From contig PSLI01000009.1 in assembly GCA_040289515.1 (NCBI GenBank), forward strand, positions 1-53,529: DNA of 53,529 bases. The letters are read 5' to 3'. Below the pieces are notes generated by a model, which was not told where the DNA came from, searched no databases, and worked only from the letters and a program-made list of their open reading frames with translations. Shown piece by piece: positions 17,674-27,800 of the stretch; positions within the stretch are counted from its first letter, which is position 1; each line of letters begins with the position of its first letter. This DNA is from Candidatus Sysuimicrobiota bacterium (lineage in GTDB: Bacteria; Sysuimicrobiota; Sysuimicrobiia; Sysuimicrobiales; Sysuimicrobiaceae). The translations under genes were made by a program, and so were the position numbers.

Positions 17674-18930
17674 ATGGAGCGTGCGAGCCGTTCAGGCGCA
17701 CGGGGAGGCTGGGCCCGGTTTTCTGCGTGGGCCCTGGCGTTGGTGTTGGTGGCGGGGGCCGCGTGGTCGGCACGTCCCGCGGGAGCGGCGGCGTCCCCGG
17801 TAACCCTGGCGATCCTGCACTTCAGTGTCATCAAGGGCACCACGTGGTCGGGAGCGCACCACCGGGCGGGGCAGCGCATCGCGCAGAAGTATCCCAACGT
17901 GCGCTACGTATACCGCGAGGAGGTGGGGCCGGACCTCACCGTCCCGTACGCGGAGGAGCTCATCCGGCAGGGTGCCAACATCGTGGTGGGCAACGCGGAG
18001 TTCATGGGCCTGCCCCTGAAGAACATCGCGGACAAGTATCCCAACGTGTACTTCGCGTCCGTGGTGGCCAGCGACGTCACGCGCAAGGCCAACTTCATCC
18101 GGTTCTTCCCGCGGCAGTACCAAGCCCTGTACCTGGAGGGGCTCATCGCGGGTGCCCTGACCCGGACCGGCAACGTGGGGGTGGTGTCCGCCTTCCCCAA
18201 CGTCCAGGTGCTGCGCCGGACCGCGGGCTTTTTCCTGGGTGTACAGGATGCCGCCCGGGCCCTGGGCAAGCGGGTGAACGTCTACGTGAAGTACGTGGGC
18301 GACTGGTACAAGCCCACGGAGGAGCGGGAGGTGGCCACCACCCTGGTGACCCAGTACCGGGTGGACGTGCTCACGCAGCAGACGGACTCCGGCTCCCCCC
18401 TGGACGTGGCCCAGCAGCGGGGCATCTGGTTCGTGGGCAAGGACATGGACATCGTGGGCTTCTACGGGTGGTCCAACACCGACACAGTGGCCGTATCCTT
18501 CGACACCCGCTGGGAGGTGCTGTACGACCGCATGATCCGCGACTACCTGGCGGGCAACCGCACGCCCCGCAATCTCCTGTACCTGGGCATGAAGGACACC
18601 ATGACCCTGGCGGACGGCACCGTGGTGTCCACGGTGGACATCATGAACAACAAGAAGGAGGGCATAGACGCCATCAGCCCGAAGGCACGCCGTCAGCTGC
18701 CGGAGTCCATCGTGCGGCTGGTGGCCCAGCGGCGGGAACAGATGCGCAAAGGACAGTGGGACCCCTTCCAGGTGCACGCCCTGGTGAGCAACGGCACCGG
18801 GTTGGCCCTGCCCGGCACGCCCATCCCCCCCAAGGGGACGGTGGTGAAGCCGGCGGGCCAGATGCCCACCGACGAGTGGCTGCTGTCCAAGTTTAACTTC
18901 GACCTCAACGGCCTGAACGTGTTGAAGTGA
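17674..18930 (+). CDS. BMP family ABC substrate-binding protein
   Basis: WSGAHHRA, YLEGLIAGALTRTGNVGVV, VGDWY and DVLTQQTDS motifs; AGGAGG RBS. Confidence 0.9.
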   Translation: MERASRSGARGGWARFSAWALALVLVAGAAWSARPAGAAASPVTLAILHFSVIKGTTWSGAHHRAGQRIAQKYPNVRYVYREEVGPDLTVPYAEELIRQGANIVVGNAEFMGLPLKNIADKYPNVYFASVVASDVTRKANFIRFFPRQYQALYLEGLIAGALTRTGNVGVVSAFPNVQVLRRTAGFFLGVQDAARALGKRVNVYVKYVGDWYKPTEEREVATTLVTQYRVDVLTQQTDSGSPLDVAQQRGIWFVGKDMDIVGFYGWSNTDTVAVSFDTRWEVLYDRMIRDYLAGNRTPRNLLYLGMKDTMTLADGTVVSTVDIMNNKKEGIDAISPKARRQLPESIVRLVAQRREQMRKGQWDPFQVHALVSNGTGLALPGTPIPPKGTVVKPAGQMPTDEWLLSKFNFDLNGLNVLK

Positions 18931-20522
18931 ACCCTGCGGGGCCCGCTCGCCCGGGCGGGCCCCGCTTCCCCACCGTGACGGCCGACTCCTACCGCGCAGC
19001 CAGTTCGCCTCCGGCCCTCCTGGCCCGAGGCATTACCAAGTCCTTCCCCGGGGTGCTGGCCCTGGACCGGGTGGATCTGGAGGTGACCGAGGGGGAGGTG
19101 CACGCGGTCCTGGGCCAGAACGGAGCCGGCAAGACCACCCTCATGAACGTTCTGTTCGGCCTGGTGCAGCCCGACGCGGGCGAAGTGTACGTCTGGGGCC
19201 GACCGGCTCGTTTCCGATCGCCCCACGACGCCCTGGCCTGCGGCATCGGCATGGTGCACCAGACCCGCCGGCTGGTGCCCGCCCACACGGTCCTGGAGAA
19301 CCTGGTCCTCGGACACCCCCAGGCGCGCGGCCTGCTGGACCTGCGGTCCGCCCAGCGGGAGCTGGAGGCCCTCGCGGAGCGGTACGGCGTGCACGTGGAC
19401 CTGGGCGCCCGCGTCTGGCAGCTGTCGGAGGGCGAAAAGCAGTGGGTGGAGATCCTCAAGGCGCTGTACGCGGGGGCCCGGATCCTGATCCTGGATGAGC
19501 CCACCTCCGCCCTCACGCCTCCAGAGGTACAGGTGCTGCTGCGGGCCATCCGCAGCCTCGTGGATGAACACGGCGTCACCGTGGTGCTGGTGACCCACAA
19601 GCTGCCCGTGGTACGCGCGGTGGCCCGGACCGTGACCGTGCTCCGGGCGGGCCGGATGGTGGCTCGACTGCCCGTCTCGGACGTGCAGGACCAGGAGCTG
19701 GTGCAGTACATGGTCGGCCAGGAGGTGGCCCTGCCCTCGATGGCCGCCTCACCGGACCGCGGCCCCGCGGTCCTGGAGGTGGAAGGCTTGTCCGCATACA
19801 ACGACAAGGGGCTGCTCAGCCTGAGGGGCGTTTCCTTCACCGTGCACGCGGGCGAGATCCTGGGCGTGGCGGGGGTGACGGGCAACGGCCAGGAGGAGCT
19901 GGCGCAGGTGCTGGCCGGCCTGCGGCCGGCTGCCTCCGGGCGGGTGCGGCTACTGGGCCGTGACGTCACCCACGCTTCACCCCTGGAGCGGTGGCACCTC
20001 GGCATGGGCTACGTCCCCGCGGAGCGGGCGGAGGTGGCCACCATCGGCCCTTTGAGCCTGGTGGACAACACGGGGCTCAACTATCACTTCGACCCCGCCT
20101 ACACACCCCGCGGGCTGCTGGATCGGGCGTTGCTGGAGCGGCTGACCCGTCAGATTTTGGCCACGTTCCGCGTGAAGGCACCCCACCCGTACGTGCAGGC
20201 GCGGCAGCTTTCCGGTGGAAACCTGCAGAAGCTGGTGCTGGGCCGCGTGCTGTCGCGACAGCCGCGGGTGCTGGTGGCCCACCTGCCGACCCAGGGGCTG
20301 GACGTGGAGGCGGCTACCTTCGTGCGGGCGCAGCTGCTGGAGGCGAAAGCGCGGGGAGCGGGCGTGCTGCTCATCTCCGAGGACCTGGACGAGATCTTCG
20401 CCGTCAGCGACCGCGTGGGAGCCCTGTACGAGGGGCGGTTCGTGGCCTTGGTCGCCCGGGAGGAAACGGACCCGGAGACGGTGGGGGCGTGGATGGCCGG
20501 GCTGCGGGGGCGCTCTCCTTGA
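18927..20522 (+). CDS. ABC transporter ATP-binding protein, double NBD
   Basis: GQNGAGKT, LDEPT and LSGGNLQK motifs; exact start uncertain. Confidence 0.93.
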   Translation: MNPAGPARPGGPRFPTVTADSYRAASSPPALLARGITKSFPGVLALDRVDLEVTEGEVHAVLGQNGAGKTTLMNVLFGLVQPDAGEVYVWGRPARFRSPHDALACGIGMVHQTRRLVPAHTVLENLVLGHPQARGLLDLRSAQRELEALAERYGVHVDLGARVWQLSEGEKQWVEILKALYAGARILILDEPTSALTPPEVQVLLRAIRSLVDEHGVTVVLVTHKLPVVRAVARTVTVLRAGRMVARLPVSDVQDQELVQYMVGQEVALPSMAASPDRGPAVLEVEGLSAYNDKGLLSLRGVSFTVHAGEILGVAGVTGNGQEELAQVLAGLRPAASGRVRLLGRDVTHASPLERWHLGMGYVPAERAEVATIGPLSLVDNTGLNYHFDPAYTPRGLLDRALLERLTRQILATFRVKAPHPYVQARQLSGGNLQKLVLGRVLSRQPRVLVAHLPTQGLDVEAATFVRAQLLEAKARGAGVLLISEDLDEIFAVSDRVGALYEGRFVALVAREETDPETVGAWMAGLRGRSP

Positions 20523-21664
20523 GGCTCGCCGGCCTTTCTGTCTCCGTGCAGCGCGCGGAGGCCACCTCCCCGGCGCGGGTGGCGGTAGGGGCGCTTGGGG
20601 CCGTCTTGTTGGCCCTGGCCCTAGCGAGCATCCTGTTCTGGACCGCGGGGGCGGGGCCGTGGACAGCGTACCGCATCGCCCTCGGCTACGCTTTCGCCAA
20701 CCCCTCCGGGCTCGGAGCCACCCTGCAACGGGCCGTCTACCTGCTGCTCTGCACCTTGGCGTTTTTGGTCCCCCTCCGCGGCGGGCTGTGGAACATCGGG
20801 CTGCCCGGCCAGGTGTACGCGGGCGCCCTGGCTGCTTTTGCCGTCGCCCTGCGGGCCGGGGCGCGGGAAGCGGGCGGGGTTGCTTTTACCAGCCTGATTC
20901 TGACCCTCATGCCCGCCGCCGCGGCCCTGGCCGGTGCCGTGCTGGGGGGCCTGGTGGGGTTCCTGCGGGCCAAGCTCTCGGTGAACGAGATCCTGGTCAC
21001 CATGATGCTCAACTCGGTCATGTTCTGGCTCACCTCGGACTTCATCAAAGAGGGCGGGGCCCTGATGAGCGCCACCGCGGAGGGTGAGAGTTTCACTCTG
21101 CCGGAGGGCTTGCGGCCTCCCCTTGCCCTGGGCCTGCCCCCCAGCGCCCTGCTGGCCCTCGGGGCGGCCGCGGCGGTGGACTGGGTGTTCTTGCGCGCCG
21201 CGTCCGGCTACCGGGTAAGGGCCTTCGGCCTCAACCCGCAGGCAGCCCGGTACGCGGGGATCGACCCGGTGCGGGTGACCCTGTGGGTCTTCCTGCTAGG
21301 GGGTGCCTTCGCGGGACTGGCGGGCTACCACTACTTCGCCGCGGTGCCGGGGCTGTACAAGATCCCCACCAACTACGGCTACTACGGCGACCTCGCCTTC
21401 TACGGGATCATCTGCGCTTTGATTGCCCGCGGCAGCGGGGTGGCCGCGATCCCCATGGCCCTCCTGTTCGCCGGACTCTCGGTGGGCGGGCGCTTCGCCC
21501 AGGGTGCTTTGCGGCTGCCCTTCGGCGTGGACTACGCTCTTTTGGGCCTGCTGATGATCACCTTCGTGCTGTCCCACCTCGTGGATCGGTACCGGGTGGT
21601 GTGGCGCCGCGTGCCTCCCGAACTGCCCACGCCCGCCCCGCCCCACGTGGAGGGCGTCCGGTGA
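20519..21664 (+). CDS. Nucleoside-type ABC transporter permease
   Basis: [18 protein letters not shown] and [11 protein letters not shown] motifs; TTG start overlapping the upstream stop. Confidence 0.88.
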   Translation: MRLAGLSVSVQRAEATSPARVAVGALGAVLLALALASILFWTAGAGPWTAYRIALGYAFANPSGLGATLQRAVYLLLCTLAFLVPLRGGLWNIGLPGQVYAGALAAFAVALRAGAREAGGVAFTSLILTLMPAAAALAGAVLGGLVGFLRAKLSVNEILVTMMLNSVMFWLTSDFIKEGGALMSATAEGESFTLPEGLRPPLALGLPPSALLALGAAAAVDWVFLRAASGYRVRAFGLNPQAARYAGIDPVRVTLWVFLLGGAFAGLAGYHYFAAVPGLYKIPTNYGYYGDLAFYGIICALIARGSGVAAIPMALLFAGLSVGGRFAQGALRLPFGVDYALLGLLMITFVLSHLVDRYRVVWRRVPPELPTPAPPHVEGVR

Positions 21665-22533
21665 CGGAGCTTTTGGCGCGCAGCCTGGAGGCCTCCACCA
21701 TCTTCCTGCTGGCCGCCCTGGGCGAGCTGGTGAACCAGCGATCCGGCGTGCTGAACGTGGGGCTGGAGGGCCTCATGCTGTTCGGCGGCACCGCCGCCTT
21801 CCTGGTGGCGCAGGGCACGGGCAGCCATGCGGTAGGCCTGGCGGCAGGAGTCGCGGTCGGGGTCGTGCTGGGAGCGGTGCACGGCCTGTTCTCCGTGCGC
21901 CTGCGGGGGGACCAAGTGGTCAGTGGCATGGGGCTGTGGATCCTCAGCTTCGGCCTCACCACCTACCTCGGCAGCCCCCACACGGGCCCCCTGGGCCTGC
22001 ACCGCTTCCCCACCCTCCTGGGTCTGTCCCCCTTCGTGCCGGTAGCGGTCCTGCTGGTGGTGGCGGTGTGGTTCGTGCTGTCGCGGACCTCCCTGGGCCT
22101 GGCCATCCGGTCCGTGGGCGAGAGTCCCGCGGCCGCTGCTGCTTCGGGGGTGAACGTGGGGGGTGTGCGCTTTGGGTGCGCCGTGTTCGGGGGCGCTCTG
22201 GCAGGGCTGGCAGGTGCGGCGTATACCCTGTCCTACAACCCCGTGTGGAACTACAACTTCCTCATGGGTTGGGGCTTCGTGAGCCTGGCCTTGGTGTTCT
22301 TCTCCATGTGGAACCCCTGGATCCTCCTGGGAGGGTCGGTGCTGTTCGGGGTCATGTGGCAGCTGTCGCTGAGCCCGGAGTACGTGCTGCCCGGTGTGCT
22401 GTCCCGTTACGTGTGGCGCACGGTGCCCTTCCTGGTGACCGTGGCGGTGCTGGCGGCCATCAGCACCCCATGGTTCCGCACCCGCTGGGGCCTGGCCAAG
22501 CCGCAGGCCCTGGGGGTACCCTACACGGACTGA
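21661..22533 (+). CDS. Nucleoside-type ABC transporter permease
   Basis: [17 protein letters not shown] and GLAIRSVGE motifs. Confidence 0.9.
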   Translation: MTELLARSLEASTIFLLAALGELVNQRSGVLNVGLEGLMLFGGTAAFLVAQGTGSHAVGLAAGVAVGVVLGAVHGLFSVRLRGDQVVSGMGLWILSFGLTTYLGSPHTGPLGLHRFPTLLGLSPFVPVAVLLVVAVWFVLSRTSLGLAIRSVGESPAAAAASGVNVGGVRFGCAVFGGALAGLAGAAYTLSYNPVWNYNFLMGWGFVSLALVFFSMWNPWILLGGSVLFGVMWQLSLSPEYVLPGVLSRYVWRTVPFLVTVAVLAAISTPWFRTRWGLAKPQALGVPYTD

Positions 22534-22537
22534 CCCG

Positions 22538-22622
22538 TGGTGCCCGGAGGGGGATTCGAACCCCCACGGGTTTCCCCACACGCCCCTCAAACGTGCGCGT
22601 CTGCCAGTTCCGCCATCCGGGC
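22538..22622 (-). tRNA. tRNA-Leu(GAG)
   Basis: GCCCGGATGGCGGAACTGGCAGACGCG...TTGAGGG anticodon loop, long variable arm, GTTCGAATC, CCA end; conserved secG-tRNA-Leu order; TATAAT at 22655-22650. Confidence 0.97.
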
Positions 22623-22686
22623 CTGTCCCGGCAAAGCCGGGCAAGCCCGATTATAGCCGGCCCCAAGATGCGCCACCAGGGGTGGG

Positions 22687-22905
22687 TCAGCGCACGAAGG
22701 CCAGGTAGGTGCTGGTGAGGGCGAACAGCACGGAGGCCACCGCGGTTGCCCGGGTGAAAAAGGTCTCCCGAGGCCGGGGGCCGTGGAACAGGCGGGCGCT
22801 GCCGCCGATGGCACCCAGCCCCTCGCCCTTGGGCCCCTGCAGTAGCACGAGCCCCACCACCGCAGCGGCCAGCACGAAGTGGAGGATCAACACCACCGTG
22901 TGCAT
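22687..22905 (-). CDS. secG: Preprotein translocase subunit SecG
   Basis: LVLLQGPKGEGLGAIGG motif, two TM segments, downstream of tpiA. Confidence 0.93.
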   Translation of the reverse strand: MHTVVLILHFVLAAAVVGLVLLQGPKGEGLGAIGGSARLFHGPRPRETFFTRATAVASVLFALTSTYLAFVR

Positions 22906-22952
22906 GCGCTCCTCCATCTTAACCGCACCGGGGCCACCCCGCAACGAACCTG

Positions 22953-23720
22953 CTAGAACGCACCACCCCGCACCGCGGCCCGGACGACGTCCACGAACTC
23001 CTCCGGGTCCAAACTGGCTCCACCTACCAGGGCCCCGTCCACCTGAGGGTGCCGCAGGAACTCCGCGGCGTTGCGCCGGGTCACGCTGCCCCCGTACTGC
23101 ACCCGCGTGCTCTCCGCTGCGGCCCCGAACCGCCCCCGCAGGAATTCCCGGATCAGATCGTTCACGCGGCCGGCCTCCTCCGCCGTGGCCGCATGCCCGG
23201 TGCCAATGGCCCACACGGGCTCGTAGGCCACCACCAGCTGACCCACCTCCTCCGTGGACAGGTCCGCGGTGGCCGCCTCCAGCTGCGCCAGCACTCGCGC
23301 CTCCGTCTGGCCGGACTGGCGCTCCTCCAGCAGCTCACCCACGCACACGATGGGCACCAGACCCGCGTCGAAGGCGGCACGCACCTTGCGCCGCACGCGG
23401 TCGTCGGTCTCCCCGAACAGCCGTCGGCGCTCCGAGTGCCCCACGAGGACGTAGGTGCAGCCCACATCCACCAGCATCCCCGCGGAGATCTCCCCCGTGA
23501 ACGCCCCCTGGCGCTCCCAGTGCAGGTTCTGGGCTCCCAGCTTCACTCCGGAACCGGCCAGCAGGCGCCCCACGGTCTCCAGGGCTGTGTACGGCGGACA
23601 GAGGACCACCTCCACGCCGCCCACCTCCGCCAGCCGGGGAAGTGCCGCTCGCACGAAGGCCCCCGCCTCCGTCCGCGTCTTGTGCATCTTCCAGTTGCCC
23701 GCCACCAGGGGTGTCCGCAC
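22953..23720 (-). CDS. tpiA: Triosephosphate isomerase
   Basis: AGNWKM, GHSERR and AYEPVWAIGTG motifs. Confidence 0.98.
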   Translation of the reverse strand: MRTPLVAGNWKMHKTRTEAGAFVRAALPRLAEVGGVEVVLCPPYTALETVGRLLAGSGVKLGAQNLHWERQGAFTGEISAGMLVDVGCTYVLVGHSERRRLFGETDDRVRRKVRAAFDAGLVPIVCVGELLEERQSGQTEARVLAQLEAATADLSTEEVGQLVVAYEPVWAIGTGHAATAEEAGRVNDLIREFLRGRFGAAAESTRVQYGGSVTRRNAAEFLRHPQVDGALVGGASLDPEEFVDVVRAAVRGGAF

Positions 23721-23723
23721 AGC

Positions 23724-24908
23724 TCACCGGTCCTGGAGGACCCGGATCCCCGGCAGCTCCTTTCCTTCCAGGAACTCCAGGGTGGCGCCCCCGCCCGTGC
23801 TCACGTGGTCGAACCGATCCAGCATTCCCAGCTGCTCCAGGGCGGCTGCGGTGTCGCCTCCGCCCACCACGGTGGTGCCGGGACACCGCGCCACCACCTC
23901 CGCCAGCCGTCGGGTCCCTTCTGCGAAGGGTTCCACCTCGAACACCCCCATCGGACCGTTCCACACCACCAGCCGCGCCCGCTCCACCACCTGCGCGAAA
24001 CGCTGTACGGTAGCCGGCCCCACGTCCAGGCCCATCCACCCTTCCGGGATCTCCCGCACCAACACGACCCGCCGTGGCACGTCCGCGGCAGGCCGCTGGG
24101 CCACCGCCACGTCCTCCGGCAACAGCAGCTCCACACCCCGCTGCCGCGCCTGTTCCATTAGCCGCTCTGCCAGCTCCACCTTGTCCTCCTCCACCACCGA
24201 CCGGCCCACGGAGAGCCCGCGGGCCCTCAGGAACGTGTACGCCATCCCTCCCCCGATGAGCACCGCATCCACCCGCTGGAGGAGGTTTGCCAGGACTCCC
24301 ATCTTGTCGGACACCTTCCTGCCGCCCAGCACTGCCACGAACGGGTGGTCGGGGTTCTCCAGCAGCCGGCTGAGGTAGCGGATCTCCTTTTCCATGAGCA
24401 GCCCTGCCACCGCGGGCAAAAGCCGGGCCACCCCCACGGTGGAGGCGTGCGCGCGGTGGGCGGTACCGAAGGCGTCGTTCACGTACAGGTCTGCTAGGCG
24501 CGCCAGCGCGGCGGCGAAGGCGGGGTCGTTGGCCTCCTCCCCCGGGTGAAACCGCAGGTTCTCCAGCAGGGCCACATCCCCAGGCCGCAGCTGCCCTATC
24601 AGCGCCTCCACCTGCGGTCCCACGCAGTCGGGCAGCACCCGCACGGGCTGGCCCAGCAGCTGGCCCAGCCGTTCGCCCACGGGGGCCATGCGCAGTTCCT
24701 CCACCACGCGCCCTCCAGGACGGCCCAGATGCGACATGAGGACCACCGCGGCACCGTGCTCCAGCAGGTAACGCACGGTGGGCAAAGACTCCCGGATGCG
24801 CCGGTCGTCCGCCACGCGGCCGCAGTCGTCCAGGGGTACGTTGAAGTCCACCCGCACCAGGACGCGCCGGCCGGATACCTCCACGTCCCGTACGGTGCGC
24901 TTGTCCAC
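23724..24908 (-). CDS. pgk: Phosphoglycerate kinase
   Basis: RVDFNVP, NDAFGTAHRAHAS, WNGPMGVFE and STGGGA motifs. Confidence 0.98.
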   Translation of the reverse strand: MDKRTVRDVEVSGRRVLVRVDFNVPLDDCGRVADDRRIRESLPTVRYLLEHGAAVVLMSHLGRPGGRVVEELRMAPVGERLGQLLGQPVRVLPDCVGPQVEALIGQLRPGDVALLENLRFHPGEEANDPAFAAALARLADLYVNDAFGTAHRAHASTVGVARLLPAVAGLLMEKEIRYLSRLLENPDHPFVAVLGGRKVSDKMGVLANLLQRVDAVLIGGGMAYTFLRARGLSVGRSVVEEDKVELAERLMEQARQRGVELLLPEDVAVAQRPAADVPRRVVLVREIPEGWMGLDVGPATVQRFAQVVERARLVVWNGPMGVFEVEPFAEGTRRLAEVVARCPGTTVVGGGDTAAALEQLGMLDRFDHVSTGGGATLEFLEGKELPGIRVLQDR

Positions 24909-24911
24909 CCG

Positions 24912-25925
24912 CTACACTCCGCGCTCGGCCATGTACCGGGCCAGGTCCGCCACCCGGCAGGCGTAGCCCCACTCGTTGTCGTACCAGGAGACCACCTTCA
25001 CCAGGTTTCCCCCTACCACCAGGGTGTCCGGGGCACTAAAGATGGAGGACCGCGGGTCTCCCTTCAGGTCGCTGCTCACCAGGGGCTCCTCCGTGTAGCC
25101 CAAAACGTGCGGAATCCGCTCCTCCGCCCACCGGCGCACCGCGGCGTTCACTTCCTCCCGGGTCACCTCGCGCCGCAGGAGCACGGTGAAGTCGATGACG
25201 GAGACCGTGGACACGGGCACCCGGAACGCCATCCCCGTGAACTTCCCCTGCAGCTCGGGGATCACCAGCCCCACCGCCCGGGCCGCGCCGGTCTCCGAGG
25301 GTACGATGTTCATGGCCGCCGCGCGAGCGTCCCGGGGGTCCGGGGCGGCCACGTCCAGCAGCCGCTGGGAGTTGGTGTACGCGTGCACCGTGGTCAGGAT
25401 GCCCTTTTCGATGCCGAACTCCTCGTGCAGCACCCGGGCCACGGGGGCCAGGCCGTTGGTGGTACAGGAGGCGTTGGATACGATGTGGTGCCGGTTCGGG
25501 TCGTAGCGGTGCTCGTTCACGCCCAGCACCACGGTGAGGTCCTCGTTCTTCGCCGGCGCGGAGATGATCACCCGCCGAGCTCCCCCCTCTCGGTGCGCCC
25601 GGGCCTTGCGGGCGTCGGTGAACAGGCCCGTGGATTCCACCACCAGCTCCACGCCCACCTCGTGCCAGGGGATGCGGGCAGGGTCTCGCTCCGCGAACAC
25701 CCGGATCCGGTGCCCATCCACCACCAGGTCTCCGTCCCGTGCCTCCACCGCGCCGGGGTACACGCCATAGTTGGTGTCGTACTTGAACAGGTGCGCGTTC
25801 ATCTGCGCGTCCACCAGATCGTTGACGGCCACCACCTCCAGGGTGCCCTGGCACCGCTGCAGGATCGCCTTCAGAACCTGGCGGCCGATGCGCCCGAACC
25901 CGTTGATCCCCACTCGGACCGCCAT
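24912..25925 (-). CDS. gap: Type I glyceraldehyde-3-phosphate dehydrogenase
   Basis: GINGFGRIGR, SNASCTTN and WYDNEWGY motifs. Confidence 0.98.
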   Translation of the reverse strand: MAVRVGINGFGRIGRQVLKAILQRCQGTLEVVAVNDLVDAQMNAHLFKYDTNYGVYPGAVEARDGDLVVDGHRIRVFAERDPARIPWHEVGVELVVESTGLFTDARKARAHREGGARRVIISAPAKNEDLTVVLGVNEHRYDPNRHHIVSNASCTTNGLAPVARVLHEEFGIEKGILTTVHAYTNSQRLLDVAAPDPRDARAAAMNIVPSETGAARAVGLVIPELQGKFTGMAFRVPVSTVSVIDFTVLLRREVTREEVNAAVRRWAEERIPHVLGYTEEPLVSSDLKGDPRSSIFSAPDTLVVGGNLVKVVSWYDNEWGYACRVADLARYMAERGV

Positions 25926-25929
25926 CCGC

Positions 25930-26304
25930 TCACCTCCCTTCTGGTTGCCCGGCTCCCTGCACCGCCTCTCGGGCGAACCCACGGAGCAGGTCGCGGCGGA
26001 TGAAGCTCACGTTGTTGAAGATCCGCATGCTGAACACGATGACGGCACCCAGGTACACGTCGACCCCCAGGAGGTCACCGATCGCGGTCAGCAGGGCGGC
26101 AAAGGAGGTGTTCACCAAAAACCCGCTGGTGAACACGACCAGATCGAACCGGCCTTCCAGCTGGGCCCGCAGCCCTCCCAGCAGGGTGTCCAGGGCCGCC
26201 AACACCGCGATGGCGGTGTACTTGACCAGCCCCAGGGGGATCTCCACTCCCACCACCAGGCCCAGCAGGACGCCCACCAGAAGTCCCGCAAGCGGAAGCC
26301 ACAT
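25930..26304 (-). CDS. sbp: Small basic protein Sbp (DUF1290)
   Basis: YTAIAVLAALDTLLGGLRA...FTSGFLVN...RIFNN; next to DUF881. Confidence 0.85.
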   Translation of the reverse strand: MWLPLAGLLVGVLLGLVVGVEIPLGLVKYTAIAVLAALDTLLGGLRAQLEGRFDLVVFTSGFLVNTSFAALLTAIGDLLGVDVYLGAVIVFSMRIFNNVSFIRRDLLRGFAREAVQGAGQPEGR

Positions 26305-26327
26305 CCTAGATCCCTCCCCTCGGACGG

Positions 26328-27098
26328 CTATGGGCGGTCCACCTGCGCGAACCGGAACTGGAAACCGCCGCGGTACGCGGGGACCCGCAGATCCTGCCCT
26401 GTGGCGACCCGCACCGGTAACCCGAAGGCCCTCAGGGCTGTCAGGGGGCTATCCTCCGCCTCCAGGGCCGCGGCCAGAGCCCGCGGGTTGCCCAAGGCTA
26501 CGATCACGTACGGCGGTGCCAGGCGCCGGGCGTTGCACAGAATGGTGGTACCCACGCAGGTAAGGCCCGTGGTGGAAACCACCCGCTCGCCGTTCACGGC
26601 CACCGCCTCCGCCCCCGCGCCCCACAGGGTGGCCACCACGGCCTGTACGTCCGTGTAGTGCACCAGGACCAGGTTGGGGTCCTCCCCCTCCGCCAGGGGC
26701 TTGGGGCTGTCCCGCAGCTCCACCACCACTCCGGGGCCTCGCAGCGGCTCTACCCCCGCGGCCAGCCGCAACGCCTCCAGGCGGCGCTGCAAAGCCTGCA
26801 GGGCCCCCCGGTCCCGGGTGGCCACTTCCTCCGTGCGGCTCAGCCGCTCCCGCAGAGCGGCGATGTGTGATTCCAGCTCCTCCCGCTGACGTGCCTGCTC
26901 CTGCAACAGGAACGTCAGCTCCTCCAGCCGCTGGGACGGGATGCGCAGGGCCGCCCGGATGGAACGTTCCGCCCTCAGCTGCCAGGTGCCCAGCAGCCCG
27001 ACGCACAACAGCGCCGCCGCCAGGGCCAGCTGCAGCCCGGTGGGCCGACCGGGTACCGCCTCCCCGCGCAACGCGTACGACACTCGCCTCGCGGACAC
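26328..27098 (-). CDS. DUF881 family protein (YlxW/YlxX-like)
   Basis: TM plus coiled coil, GPGVVVELRD, LWGAGAEAVAVNGER and PPYVIVALG motifs. Confidence 0.9.
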   Translation of the reverse strand: MSARRVSYALRGEAVPGRPTGLQLALAAALLCVGLLGTWQLRAERSIRAALRIPSQRLEELTFLLQEQARQREELESHIAALRERLSRTEEVATRDRGALQALQRRLEALRLAAGVEPLRGPGVVVELRDSPKPLAEGEDPNLVLVHYTDVQAVVATLWGAGAEAVAVNGERVVSTTGLTCVGTTILCNARRLAPPYVIVALGNPRALAAALEAEDSPLTALRAFGLPVRVATGQDLRVPAYRGGFQFRFAQVDRP

Positions 27099-27128
27099 AC
27101 CTCCAGTATACGGGAGGCGGTGCGCCCG

Positions 27129-27764
27129 CTAGCCCTGCCGGGCCTCCAGCTTTTTCTTGATGCGCTTCAGCCGGAAGACATCCTCCCGGGTTCGCTGTTC
27201 CAACACGTCGTTGATGTAGCGGATCTCCGAGCGGATCCGCGGGATCACCACCTGCTCCAGGGCGTTCACGCGGCGGGTGGTTTTCTTGATCTCCTCTCCG
27301 ATCTTCCGCAGCCGCAGCTCCGTGCTGGCCACCTGCAGGATGGCATCCAGCACCTCCTCGAAGGCCTCCTGACTCTCCAGGGTCCGCACGGTGGTGCCCG
27401 TGGGGCTGAGCCCGCGCTCCAGGAAGGACCGCCGGACCCGGTGGCTGCGCACCTCCGGGACCTTGATCCCCCAGATGTTGCGGATCTCCACGTCCACCAG
27501 CACGGGCCGCCGTTCCACGAGGGCCGCCGCCTCCAGGGCCTGGCGGCCATCCACCGCCTTGGCCAGGCTCAGGATCACGTAGGCCTTCTCGGAGATGGCC
27601 ACGAGCCGATCCCGCGCCTGCAGGGCCTGCCGCACCACCTGGAAGAACTCCGCCACCAGGGCGTCCCGCTTGCGCTTCAGCAGGTCCACGCCCTGCTGCG
27701 CCACCCGCAGCTGGTTTTTCCGCTGCAGGAGGTTCATCCGGGTCGGGCTGACGAGCTCCGGCAT
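27129..27764 (-). CDS. atpD: V/A-type ATP synthase subunit D
   Basis: SPTRMNLL, LLKRKRDAL and KTTRRVNALE motifs. Confidence 0.96.
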   Translation of the reverse strand: MPELVSPTRMNLLQRKNQLRVAQQGVDLLKRKRDALVAEFFQVVRQALQARDRLVAISEKAYVILSLAKAVDGRQALEAAALVERRPVLVDVEIRNIWGIKVPEVRSHRVRRSFLERGLSPTGTTVRTLESQEAFEEVLDAILQVASTELRLRKIGEEIKKTTRRVNALEQVVIPRIRSEIRYINDVLEQRTREDVFRLKRIKKKLEARQG

Positions 27765-27800
27765 GGCGCGTGCTCCCTTACCTCTGCCTCCCCAGGGGGA

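Noticed and set aside
18927..20522. Degenerate signature and Walker motifs in the ABC ATPases
   Set aside because: Normal asymmetry of double-NBD sugar/nucleoside ABC ATPases.
25440..25480. GAPDH active-site variant CTTNG lacking the second Cys
   Set aside because: Loss of the second Cys is a known natural variant (e.g. Thermus GAPDH); the catalytic Cys is intact.
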